A stretch of DNA of 64,000 bases from Vicinamibacteria bacterium (GCA_963555995.3 OY821641.1:3552001-3616000); one strand, 5' to 3'; positions 34,809-44,801 are shown, counted from the first letter of the stretch. Notes: a model not told the origin generated them from the sequence alone. Program-made: numbers and translations.

Positions 34809-35843
34809 CTATGCGCGCGAGCGGAATTCGCGGATAAGCGTGTGCCTGACGAGTTCGTGCAGGTTCTGGAGCGTGAACACCTTCCCCCGGGTGGCGAGAA
34901 GCAGTTTCTTCATGTCCTCCCGCCGCACGCCGAAGCCTCGCCCGGCGATGCACGCCACGACCTCGAATCTCGGTTGGGCGCTCGGCTGACCCTCCACGCT
35001 GAGGGTGGCCAGGTGCTGCACACGGGTGATCTTGTCGCGGGCCGTTCCGTCGTCTTCGGTGAGTTTGGCCTCGATGACGACCTGCGGGTTGAACTCGCTC
35101 GGAACGATGAAGTCCGGGGTCTGGTCGAAACCGGGGACACGCTCGGCTCTTCCGGTCCGGCGAAAGCTGATCCCGGCTCGCGTCAGGATTTCGTCAATGG
35201 CGTTCTCGACGATGTCGCCGATGAGTTCACTCACGGAGTCCCGATGCCCGGCGAACGGCCGGCCCAGCAGCCGTTCGTAGAGCAACATGGAGTACGGCGC
35301 TCCCAGATCCGCGAGCGATTGAACGCTGGGCAGTCCCGCCTTCGTATCGGCCTTGTCGAGACGATGAAGCGTGTCAGGCGGCGTGTCCGGCGCTCCCGAC
35401 TGAAGGAAATGGCACGCGGTGCTGACCAGCGCGTGAACCCGCGCCTCGGTCACGCCGCCGTTCCGGCTCAGCGCGACCTCCGGTTGCATCCGGATGTCCC
35501 GGTCAATGGCTCGCGCGGCTCCCTGCGTGACGGCAACTCCGGTGTGGCGGGTCGCGCAGTAGGCCCATTCGGGCGGGGTGAGACCCAACATGCAGCGCAG
35601 GACGATCAGGGAGATCGGATGGTCGAAGACGACTGGTGCGATTCGATCCGGAGTGACGCAGCGGAATCCGTCGGTGGCTCGTTTCAGCGCCTCGTAGCCG
35701 CCCTCGAATACGGCGAACTCCACGAAACCCCTTCCTTTCGGCATGACCAGAAAGTCCGACTCCAGAGAGCCGAACACCGCATCTACATGAGCATCCAGAT
35801 CTCCTCGGAGTTCATCGAAGGCGACCTCAAAAGGAAACGGCAA
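34809..35843 (-). CDS. Putative restriction endonuclease, PD-(D/E)XK fold
   Basis: TPDFIVP...VIEAKLTEDDGTARDK. Overlaps the 3' end of the methylase gene. GGAGG precedes a TTG start. Confidence 0.75.
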   Translation of the reverse strand: MPFPFEVAFDELRGDLDAHVDAVFGSLESDFLVMPKGRGFVEFAVFEGGYEALKRATDGFRCVTPDRIAPVVFDHPISLIVLRCMLGLTPPEWAYCATRHTGVAVTQGAARAIDRDIRMQPEVALSRNGGVTEARVHALVSTACHFLQSGAPDTPPDTLHRLDKADTKAGLPSVQSLADLGAPYSMLLYERLLGRPFAGHRDSVSELIGDIVENAIDEILTRAGISFRRTGRAERVPGFDQTPDFIVPSEFNPQVVIEAKLTEDDGTARDKITRVQHLATLSVEGQPSAQPRFEVVACIAGRGFGVRREDMKKLLLATRGKVFTLQNLHELVRHTLIREFRSRA

Positions 35844-38016
35844 GCTCAGCCTCCTTGCCGGCGTTCGCCGGTGGGTGCAACAGCCCGGGCCGACGCATGG
35901 CTGCCTGACTTCCGAGCGTCCGTTTCGCCAACATGTCCGGATCCCCACAGAAACGGACGGCCTCGCCGAACCGCGAGAGTTTGTCGCCCGTCGCCAGTTC
36001 GCGCTCCCAGGTCTCCCGAAGCCGCCACACCGCCATGCGGGTCAGGTGGCCGAAGACGACGCAGCGCGTGTCGCCGTAGGTCGGCTTCCTGCCGCCGGAG
36101 GCGAGGAGAGCGAGGTCCGCGCCCGCGATCTCGATGAGTTGTTCGGCGTCGTCGAACAGCCACCGCGCCGGAACGGATCCCGACGCGCGGCAGACGAAGA
36201 CGGTGTCCACGATGGAAGAGGTGGTCCCGTGGATGTGGATGGAGCCGCCCATCTCGGCGGGACAGGGCAGCGATGCGGAACACACGAGCCCGGCATCGAG
36301 AATCGCCGCGCCCACCGCGCCGTAGGTCTCCAGGCGGTTGTGGTGGTAGGTGAACGCGAGCGGTCCGCCCGGCTTCAGCGCGCGGGCCACTCGCGAATAG
36401 ACGCCGGACAGGCCCTCGGCGAAATGCTCCAGACCGCGGCCCTCGGTCACGTTCCCCGCGACTTCGGTCGGTGACCTCGTGGACTCCCGATGGAAGCCGC
36501 TCGCGCCGTTCCCCGCGAGTCGGCGGAGCCAGACGTAGCAGAAGTCCATCAGTTCGGCGTACTGGACGTTCCCGAAGTAGGGAGGGTCGGTGAAGACCGC
36601 GTCCAGTGGCTCGGGGCCGAACTCGTGCTCCGTTGCGCTCGCGCATTGGATCCTGACGTCCCGGCGACGGCCGCGCCGTTCCTCGCCGATCCATTCGTTG
36701 ACCGGGACGCGATGGTTCTGCGCCCCGTTGCGCTCGACCTCGAAGGGAGCATCGCAGTAGTCCTTCGCGCTCCGGTACTTCTGGACGATATTGGCCCAGC
36801 CGCCGGACCCGACTGGGGCGCCGGCGCGGCCGGGGATCCCCAGGATGTTGGACTCGCACTGCACCAGGCCGACCGGAAAGCCGTGCACGGAGAAGATGTC
36901 CAGCGCCTTCAGCGCGCTGGTGTCATAGCGGCACAGCATGTTCTGGTAGCGCAGGAGGTCCGAGAGGTTGGTCGCCAGCGCCCGCCGGATGCGGTCGTCC
37001 GGCACCTCCCGGATCAGGCGGCAACTCAGTTCGAGGCCGAGAAGCTGGCGCGGATTGAAGAGGTCCCGGTAGCGCGCGTATCCCCAGCGGTGCAGGCGGT
37101 CGGTTTCGTCGCCGGGCGGGATCTTCTGGTCGGGGACGAAGCGGGGCGTCAGGCGGTTCCAACGCTCGGTCGCCCGCTCCATCCGGTCGAGATCGCGCTC
37201 GTCGGGCTTCTTGAAGAAGCGGCCCCGGTGCCCCGATTTTCGATGCGGGTTGTGGTACTCGATGGCGAAGAGTCGGTGCGCGGGAGGCCGGCCGCCGCCT
37301 TCGGGATAGCGATTCGAGTGGCCGCAGTGCGGGCAGCCGCAGCGGCCCCGGCGCGCGTCCCCGTGCTCCTTGAGTGACGATCCGCAGCCGGTGCAGGGGG
37401 CCGGGTTGCGGCGGTCCGACACTTCGGCGAGGTCACCGCACACAGCGCACACCAGAACGTGCGCGGGATGCCGGCGGTTGGCCGCGACGAGATAGCCGGG
37501 GAACAGGTCGAAGGTTCGACCGCAACTCTCGCAGTTCCGCTGTTTCACCCAGAGGAAGGACTTCACGGGGACGTCCGGGTCGCCGTAGCGGGGGCAGGAT
37601 GTCCGGTAGTAGGGATCCAGTTCGGTGCGCAAGGCGTCCATCAACTCGGTCGCGGTGCGCCGGTAGGCCCGAACGTCGAGCCGCTCGATCTCCTCGCGGA
37701 CGATCCAGGCGGACATCGGGTTGATGTCGAGACCCTCCACGTCGCAGCCCAGCCGGTTCGCCTCGATCAGTGGCGTGCCGCCGCCCATGAAGGGGTCGGC
37801 GATGCGGACGCCCGGGAGGTCGTTCGCCCGGTAGAAGGTCTCCGGGAGGCGCCCGTCCCCGAACTCGGCGAGGATCAGCCCGCGAAACAGCGTGCCCGGA
37901 CGGCGGGCGAACCACTTGTGGACGCCGATGACGGGGCGGTAGTTCTGCTGGATCTGCTTTTCGCGGAGCGCCAGTCGGGCGATGAGCGGAACGTCGAATC
38001 GCTGCTCGATGCTCAC
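35827..38016 (-). CDS. Adenine-specific DNA methylase with Zn-ribbon insert (DUF1156-like)
   Basis: VHKWFARRP, DPFMGGGT (SAM binding), several CxxC pairs and TDPPY. GTG start overlaps the upstream stop (GTGA). Confidence 0.88.
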   Translation of the reverse strand: MSIEQRFDVPLIARLALREKQIQQNYRPVIGVHKWFARRPGTLFRGLILAEFGDGRLPETFYRANDLPGVRIADPFMGGGTPLIEANRLGCDVEGLDINPMSAWIVREEIERLDVRAYRRTATELMDALRTELDPYYRTSCPRYGDPDVPVKSFLWVKQRNCESCGRTFDLFPGYLVAANRRHPAHVLVCAVCGDLAEVSDRRNPAPCTGCGSSLKEHGDARRGRCGCPHCGHSNRYPEGGGRPPAHRLFAIEYHNPHRKSGHRGRFFKKPDERDLDRMERATERWNRLTPRFVPDQKIPPGDETDRLHRWGYARYRDLFNPRQLLGLELSCRLIREVPDDRIRRALATNLSDLLRYQNMLCRYDTSALKALDIFSVHGFPVGLVQCESNILGIPGRAGAPVGSGGWANIVQKYRSAKDYCDAPFEVERNGAQNHRVPVNEWIGEERRGRRRDVRIQCASATEHEFGPEPLDAVFTDPPYFGNVQYAELMDFCYVWLRRLAGNGASGFHRESTRSPTEVAGNVTEGRGLEHFAEGLSGVYSRVARALKPGGPLAFTYHHNRLETYGAVGAAILDAGLVCSASLPCPAEMGGSIHIHGTTSSIVDTVFVCRASGSVPARWLFDDAEQLIEIAGADLALLASGGRKPTYGDTRCVVFGHLTRMAVWRLRETWERELATGDKLSRFGEAVRFCGDPDMLAKRTLGSQAAMRRPGLLHPPANAGKEAELAVSF

Positions 38017-39329
38017 GTCCGGAAGCCTTCCGGATCGACGATAGCGCCGGCGTTCGTGGCGAACCGGGCCAGGCCGAAGAAGGGTTCCTTGGCGCGCTGG
38101 CCGAGTGCCTGTTCGGCCAGCATCTCGCCGAGGGCGGGTCCGAGCTTGTAGCCGTGGCCGGAGCCGCCGCCGGCGATCCAGGCATTCGGCGCCTCGGGAT
38201 GGGTGTCCACGATGAGGTGGCCGTCGGCGCTCTGTTCGTACTGGCAGACGCGCGCCTCGATCAGGGGGGCGCCGCGCATTGCCGGGAAGCGGCGTTCCAT
38301 GTAGGTGTGGGCCGTGTGGATGGCTTCCGGCGAGGGGGTCCGATCTCCGTTCGTCGGATCGAACGGGGCGCCGCGGGAGTCGTCCGCGACCTTGAAGCCG
38401 CGGAAGTTGCTGCCGGGCACGCCGTAGAAGAGGCTCGCGCCGGTCTCGACCCAGACCGGCAGCTCGGCGTCGGTCAGGTCGGGGCGGCCGGGCGGGGTGC
38501 CGAAGTAGAGGATCTCCTGGCGGGTGGGGCTCACGAGCGGCGGATCGAAGCCGGGGAAGAGCTCGGCGAGCCAGGGGCCTCCGGCGAAGACGAAGAGGTC
38601 CGCCTCGATGGACTCGCCGTCCCCGAGGCGGATGTCGCGCAGCGCGCCGTTCGCGATGGTTCCAGCCTCCGCCTTCGCCTGGCGGTACTCCCCGCCCTCG
38701 GCGAGGAAGCCCTCCAGCACCCGCTGGCACCCGCGGCGGGCGAGGAGGTAGCCCGCGCTCTGCTCGTAGAGGGTGTACGCGATGCCCTCCGGGTTGATCT
38801 GGGGGAAGCGGCGGCCCAGTTCCTCGCCGGTGAGTTCCTCGAAGGGGACGCCGAGGTCGCCGAGGATCGGGACGGCGTCCGTAGCGTAGGGATCCTCGCC
38901 GTCGCTCATCCAGAGCGCGCCGGTCTCGAAGAAGAGCCGGTCGTTCCAGCGCTCGCCCGCGTCCTTCCAGAGTTCGAGCGCCCGCACCACCATCTCGGAG
39001 TAGATGCGGTCGGGCCCGTAGGTGGCGCGGATGACGCGGGTCTCGCCGCCGGAGCTCGCGCGGGAGTTCCCCGGTCCCCAGGCGTCCACCAGGGTGACCC
39101 GCGCTCCCCGCCGGAGGAGTTCGAGCGCCGTCCAGCCGCCGAAGGCGCCGGCCCCGATCACGACGGCGCGGACTCCCGATCCGGACTGCGAGGCGGTGCC
39201 GCTGCCGGCCGCCGGCGACTCCGCCGTTCCGCCGCTGCCGGTCCCGCAGGCGCCGAGCGCCGCGGCGGCGCCCGCGCCGGCGAGCCCGGTGGCGATGACC
39301 TGACGCCGCGTGATCCGTCGCTCGGTCAT
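38013..39329 (-). CDS. FAD-dependent oxidoreductase, sarcosine oxidase/DAO family, Tat lipoprotein (paralog 2)
   Basis: TRRQ...LGAC and the same motifs as 33473-34735. Confidence 0.9.
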   Translation of the reverse strand: MTERRITRRQVIATGLAGAGAAAALGACGTGSGGTAESPAAGSGTASQSGSGVRAVVIGAGAFGGWTALELLRRGARVTLVDAWGPGNSRASSGGETRVIRATYGPDRIYSEMVVRALELWKDAGERWNDRLFFETGALWMSDGEDPYATDAVPILGDLGVPFEELTGEELGRRFPQINPEGIAYTLYEQSAGYLLARRGCQRVLEGFLAEGGEYRQAKAEAGTIANGALRDIRLGDGESIEADLFVFAGGPWLAELFPGFDPPLVSPTRQEILYFGTPPGRPDLTDAELPVWVETGASLFYGVPGSNFRGFKVADDSRGAPFDPTNGDRTPSPEAIHTAHTYMERRFPAMRGAPLIEARVCQYEQSADGHLIVDTHPEAPNAWIAGGGSGHGYKLGPALGEMLAEQALGQRAKEPFFGLARFATNAGAIVDPEGFRT

Positions 39330-39524
39330 GACCGACCGATCCTAACCGGTATTCCCCATTCTTGGAGGTACTGCCGAGTTCCGGCAGTTCGCTTTGAAGG
39401 CGACAATCGTGGTGCGTTTTGCCCGCTTCCGGCGGTCGGCGCCGGTGTGAAGTCCCCAGTGGGAGAAATCTCCATGATCGGGTCCTCCGGCACACCCCGC
39501 CGGTCATGAAATGGCGGAACGGCT

Positions 39525-39682
39525 GGGAGCGCCGGTGTTCACACCGGCACAGCGAGCCGAAGGCTCGCGGATGTCGTGCCGCTGTTCGTGGTGTTGCACC
39601 GAGAGGAAAGCACGATCGCGCAGATCAGCGACGTGCCGTGCGCTGCTGCGCAGCGCGTGCCGGTGTGAACACCGGCGCTCCC
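39525..39682. repeat. 158-bp REPIN-like inverted REP doublet
   Basis: REP ends GCCGGTG-TTCA-CACCGGC. The spacer is homologous to those at 43757-43914 and 51175-51337. Confidence 0.88.
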
Positions 39683-39760
39683 AGCCCGCGGCGCCATTGC
39701 GGTAGCCGGCGGACCTGCACTCTTGCAGCAACTGGCCGCCATTCCCGGGGCAGCGCTCCG

Positions 39761-40852
39761 TCAGAACGAGAAAAACCGGCTGGACGCTGGCCCGGTGGGC
39801 GTTCCGCACGCGATGTGGACGGCGTCGCGGAGGACCGCGGCGGCGGTGGGGATCGCGTCGCCCTCGGTGGCGACGAGCCGCTGGGTGGAGAAGAGGTCGG
39901 TCTCCCATTCCACCGCCATGTCGAGCGTGCCGATGCCGCCGAAGAAGCTCGCGCGGGGGACCGCCACCGGCGCGACCGTCATCCGCACCGCGTCCCCCTC
40001 GGGGACGGCTTCCGCGAGCAGGCGGACCACCTCGTCCGGGGCGGGCTCCGGCGCGGCCTCGATCCCGGTGCGGACGACCTCGGCGAGGGACGCCTGCTGG
40101 CGCATGACCGTGCGCACCAGGATCAGCAGCTTGAGCGCGGTGTCGGTGCCGTTCAGGTCGTTCGTGGGGTCCGTCTCGGCGATCCCGCGGCGCTGGGCCT
40201 CGGCGACGGCCGCTTCGAGGGTGAGCCCCTCGGCCATCCGGCCGAGGACGAGGTTGCTGGTGCTGTTGAAGACGCCCCGAACCCGCCGGAACTCGGCCGC
40301 CACCAGGTCGCGGCGGCCGGCGTTCACCACCGGGAGGCCGCCGCAGACGGTGGCGCTCCAGCCGAAACCCGCGTCGTTCTCCGCCGCCAGCGCCTCGATC
40401 TCGTCGAACGCGAGCGCGATCGCCGACTTGTTGGCGAAGACGACCGAGGCGCCCCGGCGCAGGGCCGCGCGGGCGGCGCGGAGCCCGATGCCGCCCGTCT
40501 CGATGTCCATCGAGGCGGCGTCGAGCAGGATGCCCCGCGGTCCGGCCGCCGCCAGCGCTTCCTCCAGCGGGACGGGCGCGGCGCCGGGGATCTCCCGGAG
40601 CTTCCGGCCTCCGGCCTTCGCCTCCAGCATGGCGCCGGTGGGAAGGCGGCCTCCCGCGGCGTCCGGTCCGAGGATGAAGCCGCTCCGGTCGGCGCAGGCC
40701 GCGACAGGGAACGTCACCCCGTAGCGGTCGGCGAGGGTTCCGGCCTTCCTGGCGAGGATGCCGAGCAGCTCGCGGTGGACGTTCCCCATCCCCAGCAGGA
40801 CGAGGGGATGGGAGGTGAGGTCGTTGGGGTCGTTCTCGGGGGGCGTTCGCAT
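39761..40852 (-). CDS. Homoserine dehydrogenase family protein
   Basis: LLGMGNV, VVFANK, SATVCGGLPV, FNSTSN, GIAETDP...DLNGTDTALKL. Confidence 0.85.
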   Translation of the reverse strand: MRTPPENDPNDLTSHPLVLLGMGNVHRELLGILARKAGTLADRYGVTFPVAACADRSGFILGPDAAGGRLPTGAMLEAKAGGRKLREIPGAAPVPLEEALAAAGPRGILLDAASMDIETGGIGLRAARAALRRGASVVFANKSAIALAFDEIEALAAENDAGFGWSATVCGGLPVVNAGRRDLVAAEFRRVRGVFNSTSNLVLGRMAEGLTLEAAVAEAQRRGIAETDPTNDLNGTDTALKLLILVRTVMRQQASLAEVVRTGIEAAPEPAPDEVVRLLAEAVPEGDAVRMTVAPVAVPRASFFGGIGTLDMAVEWETDLFSTQRLVATEGDAIPTAAAVLRDAVHIACGTPTGPASSRFFSF

Positions 40853-40873
40853 GGGGGACTCTCCCCGGGGACC

Positions 40874-42430
40874 CTACTCCGCGGCGGCGGGGGCGCGGGC
40901 GGCGCGCAGGCCCTTCCAGACGCTGCCGCAGAGGACGAGCAGCAGCAGCGCGATGGGGAAGCCGGTGGTGAGGGCGGCCGTCTGGATCGCCACCAGCCCG
41001 CCGCCGACCAGCAGGGTGATGGCGACCAGTCCTTCGAAGGTGCACCAGAAGACGCGCTGCGCGACCGGCGCGTCGAGCTTGCCCCCGGCGGTGATGGCAT
41101 CAATCACCAGCGATCCGGAGTCGGAGGAGGTGACGAAGAAGAGGACCACGAGGACGATCCCGGCGAACGAGGTGAGTTCGCCGAGCGGCAGCAACTCCAG
41201 CATCCGGAAGAGGGCCAGTTCCGGCTGCCCGGCCTGCACCGCGTCGGCGATGCCGGTCTGCCCGCCGCGGTGGAGCGCCAGCGCGGTGGCGCCGAAGGTG
41301 TTGAACCAGAGCGCGGAGAGGATCAGCGGGACGACCAGCATGCAGCCGACGAGGCTCCGCACGGTGCGGCCGCGCGAGACGCGGGCGATGAACATGCCGA
41401 CGAAGGGCGCCCACGAGAGCCACCAGGCCCAGTAGAAGGTGGTCCAGCCGTGCAGGAAGTCGAGATCGTCGCGGCCCACCCAGTTGCTGAGGGGGCCGAT
41501 CACCGCGAGGTAGCGGCCGAGGCTGCCCGCGAACCCGGCGAGGAGGTCGAGCGTCGGCCCCGCCGCCAGCACGAACGCGAGCAGCACCAGCGCGAGCGCC
41601 ATGTTGGCCTGGCTCAGCCGCTTGACGCCCTTGTCCATGCCCAGGATCACGGACCCGAGCGCGACCGTGGTGATGGCGGCGATGAGCACCACCTCGGTGG
41701 TCACGGTGGCGGGGATTCCGAACAGGTGCTCCAGCCCGGCCGCCGTCTGCCCGGCGCCCAGGCCGAGCGAGGTGGCGAGTCCGAACAGGGTGGCGAACAC
41801 CGCGAGGGTGTCGGTGAGGTGGCCGAACCGGCCCCACACGCGCTCCCCCAGCAGCGGGTAGAACGCCGACCGCAGGCTCATCGGCAGTCCCAGGTTGTAG
41901 GCGGCGAAGGCGAGGGCGAGGGCGACCACCGCGTAGATGGCCCAGGGGTGCAGGCCCCAGTGGAAGACGGCGGCGGCGACCGCCAGTCCCTCGGCGGCGG
42001 CGGTGTCCGCCGGGTCCACCCCGAGCGGCGGGTTGCGGAGGTGGTGGATCGGCTCGGCGACGCCGAAGAACATCAGGCCGATGCCCATCCCGGCCGCGAA
42101 CAGCATCGCGAACCACGACGCACTGGAGTAGTCCGGCCGGGCGTCGGGGCCGCCGAGGCGGATGCCGCCGAGCGGCGTGAGCAACAGCAGCAGGCAGAAG
42201 AGGATGAAGACGTTGGCGGCGGCCAGGAACACCCAGTCGAAGGTCGCGGTCAGCCAGCCGTAGAGCGCGGCGAAGACTCCGGCGGCGGCCTCCCGGAACA
42301 GGAGCACGCCGGCGACGAAGGCGATGACGGTGAGGCTCGAGACGATGAAGACCGGGTTGTGGATGTCGAGTCCGAAGGGACGGATGTTGTCGCGGCCGAG
42401 TCGGTAGCCGCTCGCTCGATCGCTGGACAT
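40874..42430 (-). CDS. BCCT family (betaine/carnitine/choline) transporter
   Basis: SWFAMLFAAGMGIGLMFFG, FHWGLHPWAIY, WTTFYWAWWLSWAPFVGMFIARVSRGRT and FFVTSSDS. Confidence 0.95.
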   Translation of the reverse strand: MSSDRASGYRLGRDNIRPFGLDIHNPVFIVSSLTVIAFVAGVLLFREAAAGVFAALYGWLTATFDWVFLAAANVFILFCLLLLLTPLGGIRLGGPDARPDYSSASWFAMLFAAGMGIGLMFFGVAEPIHHLRNPPLGVDPADTAAAEGLAVAAAVFHWGLHPWAIYAVVALALAFAAYNLGLPMSLRSAFYPLLGERVWGRFGHLTDTLAVFATLFGLATSLGLGAGQTAAGLEHLFGIPATVTTEVVLIAAITTVALGSVILGMDKGVKRLSQANMALALVLLAFVLAAGPTLDLLAGFAGSLGRYLAVIGPLSNWVGRDDLDFLHGWTTFYWAWWLSWAPFVGMFIARVSRGRTVRSLVGCMLVVPLILSALWFNTFGATALALHRGGQTGIADAVQAGQPELALFRMLELLPLGELTSFAGIVLVVLFFVTSSDSGSLVIDAITAGGKLDAPVAQRVFWCTFEGLVAITLLVGGGLVAIQTAALTTGFPIALLLLVLCGSVWKGLRAARAPAAAE

Positions 42431-42618
42431 GGAGAATTCGGGCTACGGGCGCCGGTGGATCTCCTCGGAGGGAGCCGGTTGCGTCAAAACGTGTCGGGTA
42501 CGGTCATTCCGGCCGCGGGGGCGCGACTTGCATCGTTCCGGGTTGATCGCCAAAATATGTCATAGCGGCCCGGCGGCGGAGCGACCCGCGTGCGACCGGC
42601 GGCCGCAGGGAGAGTCTA

Positions 42619-43692
42619 GTGGCCAGTTCCATCGCCCGCACCGCAACCCTGTTCCGGAAACTCCTGAGTGGCCGGCGCATCACCTACCGGGACCTGGAGG
42701 AGCAGGAGAACATCAACCGGCGCACGGCGCTCCGCTGGATCAAGGAGGCCAAGCGGATCTTCGGCGCGGCGCTCCAGGAGGAACGGCAGGCAACCGGCGA
42801 AAAGCAGTTCTGGCTGGACTCCGAGGCGGCCCGCTGGATCGGGGGGTTCCGGCACCGGCTGCCCACCCCCGAGGAGATGGCGGCGCTCGACAAGGCGGTG
42901 CAGGTCCTCCGCCGGGAGGGGCTGGCGCACGAGGTGGAAGAGCTCACCGCGCTGCGGAGCAAGGTGCACGGCGTGGTCGAGAAGGCGGAGCAGGCGATGA
43001 AAACGGACACCGACACCGAGGCGATCCTCGACTCCTGGGGGATCGTCTCGCGGCCCGGCCCCCACCGGCGGCCGAGCGAGAACGTGGCGGCGCCGCTGCG
43101 GGACGCCATCCTCAAGCAGCGGCGGATCACCTTCACCTACCGGACGCGAAGCGGCGGGGAGACCGCCAAGACGGCCGCCCCCGCGGGGCTGCTCCACGGC
43201 GGCAACCCCCGGCTGATCGCGCTGGAAGAAGGGAAGGAGCAGCTCGCGCAGTACCGCCTCGACCGGATGAGCGAGGTCACGGTCCTGGAGGAGCCGCACG
43301 CGCTGCCCGAAGACGCCCTCAAGGACTACCTGAACACGCTCTTCGGTTCCTTCGGCGAGGAGCCGGTGAACGTCCAGTGGCGGTTCCACCCGGACGCGCC
43401 CGAGCCGGAGACCTGGACCTTCCACCCGACGCAGAAGGTGGAGAAGGACGCCGACGGGGTGGTGACGGTGACGTTCCGGGCCGGCGGACTCGACGACATG
43501 GCGCGGCACGTCATCGGCTGGTGGGACTGGATCCAGGTGGACAAGCCCAAGGCGCTGCGGAAGGCCATCCTCAGGATGCGGCTGGCCGGGCTGGCGCAAC
43601 TGCTCTACGAGTTCGCCGACCAGCGCACCGCGACCCGCATCTGGAACCTGACCGAACAACTCGGCGCCAACAAGGTGGACTACTGGGAGTAG
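42619..43692 (+). CDS. WYL-domain transcriptional regulator (HTH-WYL-WCX)
   Basis: N-terminal HTH (RRTALRWI), LRDAILKQRRITFTY...P.GL...YRLDRMSEV, and FHPTQ...P.ALR in the WCX region. Confidence 0.85.
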   Translation: MASSIARTATLFRKLLSGRRITYRDLEEQENINRRTALRWIKEAKRIFGAALQEERQATGEKQFWLDSEAARWIGGFRHRLPTPEEMAALDKAVQVLRREGLAHEVEELTALRSKVHGVVEKAEQAMKTDTDTEAILDSWGIVSRPGPHRRPSENVAAPLRDAILKQRRITFTYRTRSGGETAKTAAPAGLLHGGNPRLIALEEGKEQLAQYRLDRMSEVTVLEEPHALPEDALKDYLNTLFGSFGEEPVNVQWRFHPDAPEPETWTFHPTQKVEKDADGVVTVTFRAGGLDDMARHVIGWWDWIQVDKPKALRKAILRMRLAGLAQLLYEFADQRTATRIWNLTEQLGANKVDYWE

Positions 43693-43756
43693 CGGCCCGG
43701 CAACTCCGGAGCGGAGGTGACGCGCCGGCTGGGAACGCCGGGTAGGCGCGCCGCCT

Positions 43757-43914
43757 GGGAGCGCCGCTCTTCAGAGCGGCACAGCGGGCCGAAGGCCCGC
43801 GGATGGCGTGTCGCTGATAGCGGTGTTGTCCAGAGCGGGGAGCGTCATCGCGCAGCTCAGCGTCGTGCGGTGCGCTGCTGCGCAGCGCGTGCCGGTGTGA
43901 ACACCGGCGCTCCC
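43757..43914. repeat. 158-bp REPIN-like inverted REP doublet
   Basis: Left REP GCCGCTC-TTCA-GAGCGGC, right REP GCCGGTG-TTCA-CACCGGC on the reverse strand. Confidence 0.88.
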
Positions 43915-43956
43915 GGCCTGGCTCAGGCCACGGTATCCACGGGGTGCTGAGACCCT

Positions 43957-44691
43957 TCAGCGTTTGCCGGGCACCATGGGGACGAAGGCCACGCCCCCGT
44001 GGTCCTGCATCTCGATCTCCCCGTCCTCGCCCCGCGCCGCGACCACGAGGCGCTGACTCCACGGGTCCGGGCCGACGGGCGCCACCAGCCGCCCCCCGGG
44101 AGCGAGCTGGTCGAGGAGCGCCTGGGGGATCTCGGGCGGAGCGGCGGTCACCACGATCCGGTCGAAGGGGGCCGCCTCGGGCCAGCCGAGGTAGCCGTCG
44201 CCCACCCGCAGGTGGATCCGGTCGTAGCCGAGGTCGCGGAGGGTGGCCTCCGCCCGCGCCCCGAGTCCCGGGAGCAGCTCGATGGACCAGACCTCGGCCT
44301 CGAGTTCGGCGAGCACCGCGGCCTGGTAGCCGGAGCCGGTGCCGATCTCGAGCACCCGCTGGCCGGGCGTGATCCGCGCCAGCGAACTCATCAGGGCGAC
44401 GATGTAGGGCTGGGAGATGGTCTGCCCCTCGTCGATCGGTAGCGGCCGGTCGGAGTGGGCGCGGCTCCGTTCCGACGCCGGCACGAACTGCTCCCGCGGA
44501 ACGTTCCGCATGGCGCGCAGCACCGCCTCGTCGCGGATGCCGCGGCGTTCGATCTGGTTCCGCACCATCAGGATCCGTTCCGCCCGGAAGGCGTCCTCCT
44601 GTTCCCGGTTGCCGGTGGCTTCGCCGCTGCCGCAGGTTGCCGAGAAGAGAACAAGGGCCGCGAGGGCAGCCGTTCGCGAACCGCTCCTCAT
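43957..44691 (-). CDS. pcm: Protein-L-isoaspartate O-methyltransferase
   Basis: [45 protein letters not shown] and FVPM. Confidence 0.95.
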   Translation of the reverse strand: MRSGSRTAALAALVLFSATCGSGEATGNREQEDAFRAERILMVRNQIERRGIRDEAVLRAMRNVPREQFVPASERSRAHSDRPLPIDEGQTISQPYIVALMSSLARITPGQRVLEIGTGSGYQAAVLAELEAEVWSIELLPGLGARAEATLRDLGYDRIHLRVGDGYLGWPEAAPFDRIVVTAAPPEIPQALLDQLAPGGRLVAPVGPDPWSQRLVVAARGEDGEIEMQDHGGVAFVPMVPGKR

Positions 44692-44801
44692 GGAGATTCC
44701 TCCCGATGCGCCAAGTGTAAACAGACGGTGGAACGGGGTTCCAAGCCGTTTACGACTTGAGGCGGATCAGCGATTGTGTGCTCTGCGGGCCTGCGGCCCG
44801 C

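Noticed and set aside
39340-39480. Possible glycine riboswitch upstream of the oxidase
   Set aside because: Only fragments (GGAGA, CGCCGGAAG) match and the CTCTCAGG-type element is missing. It would need an Rfam covariance search.
35827-39507. 1226-aa ORF suggesting a giant methylase fusion
   Set aside because: The N-terminal ~490 aa are an off-frame read of the oxidase gene 38013-39329. The methylase starts at GTG 38016.
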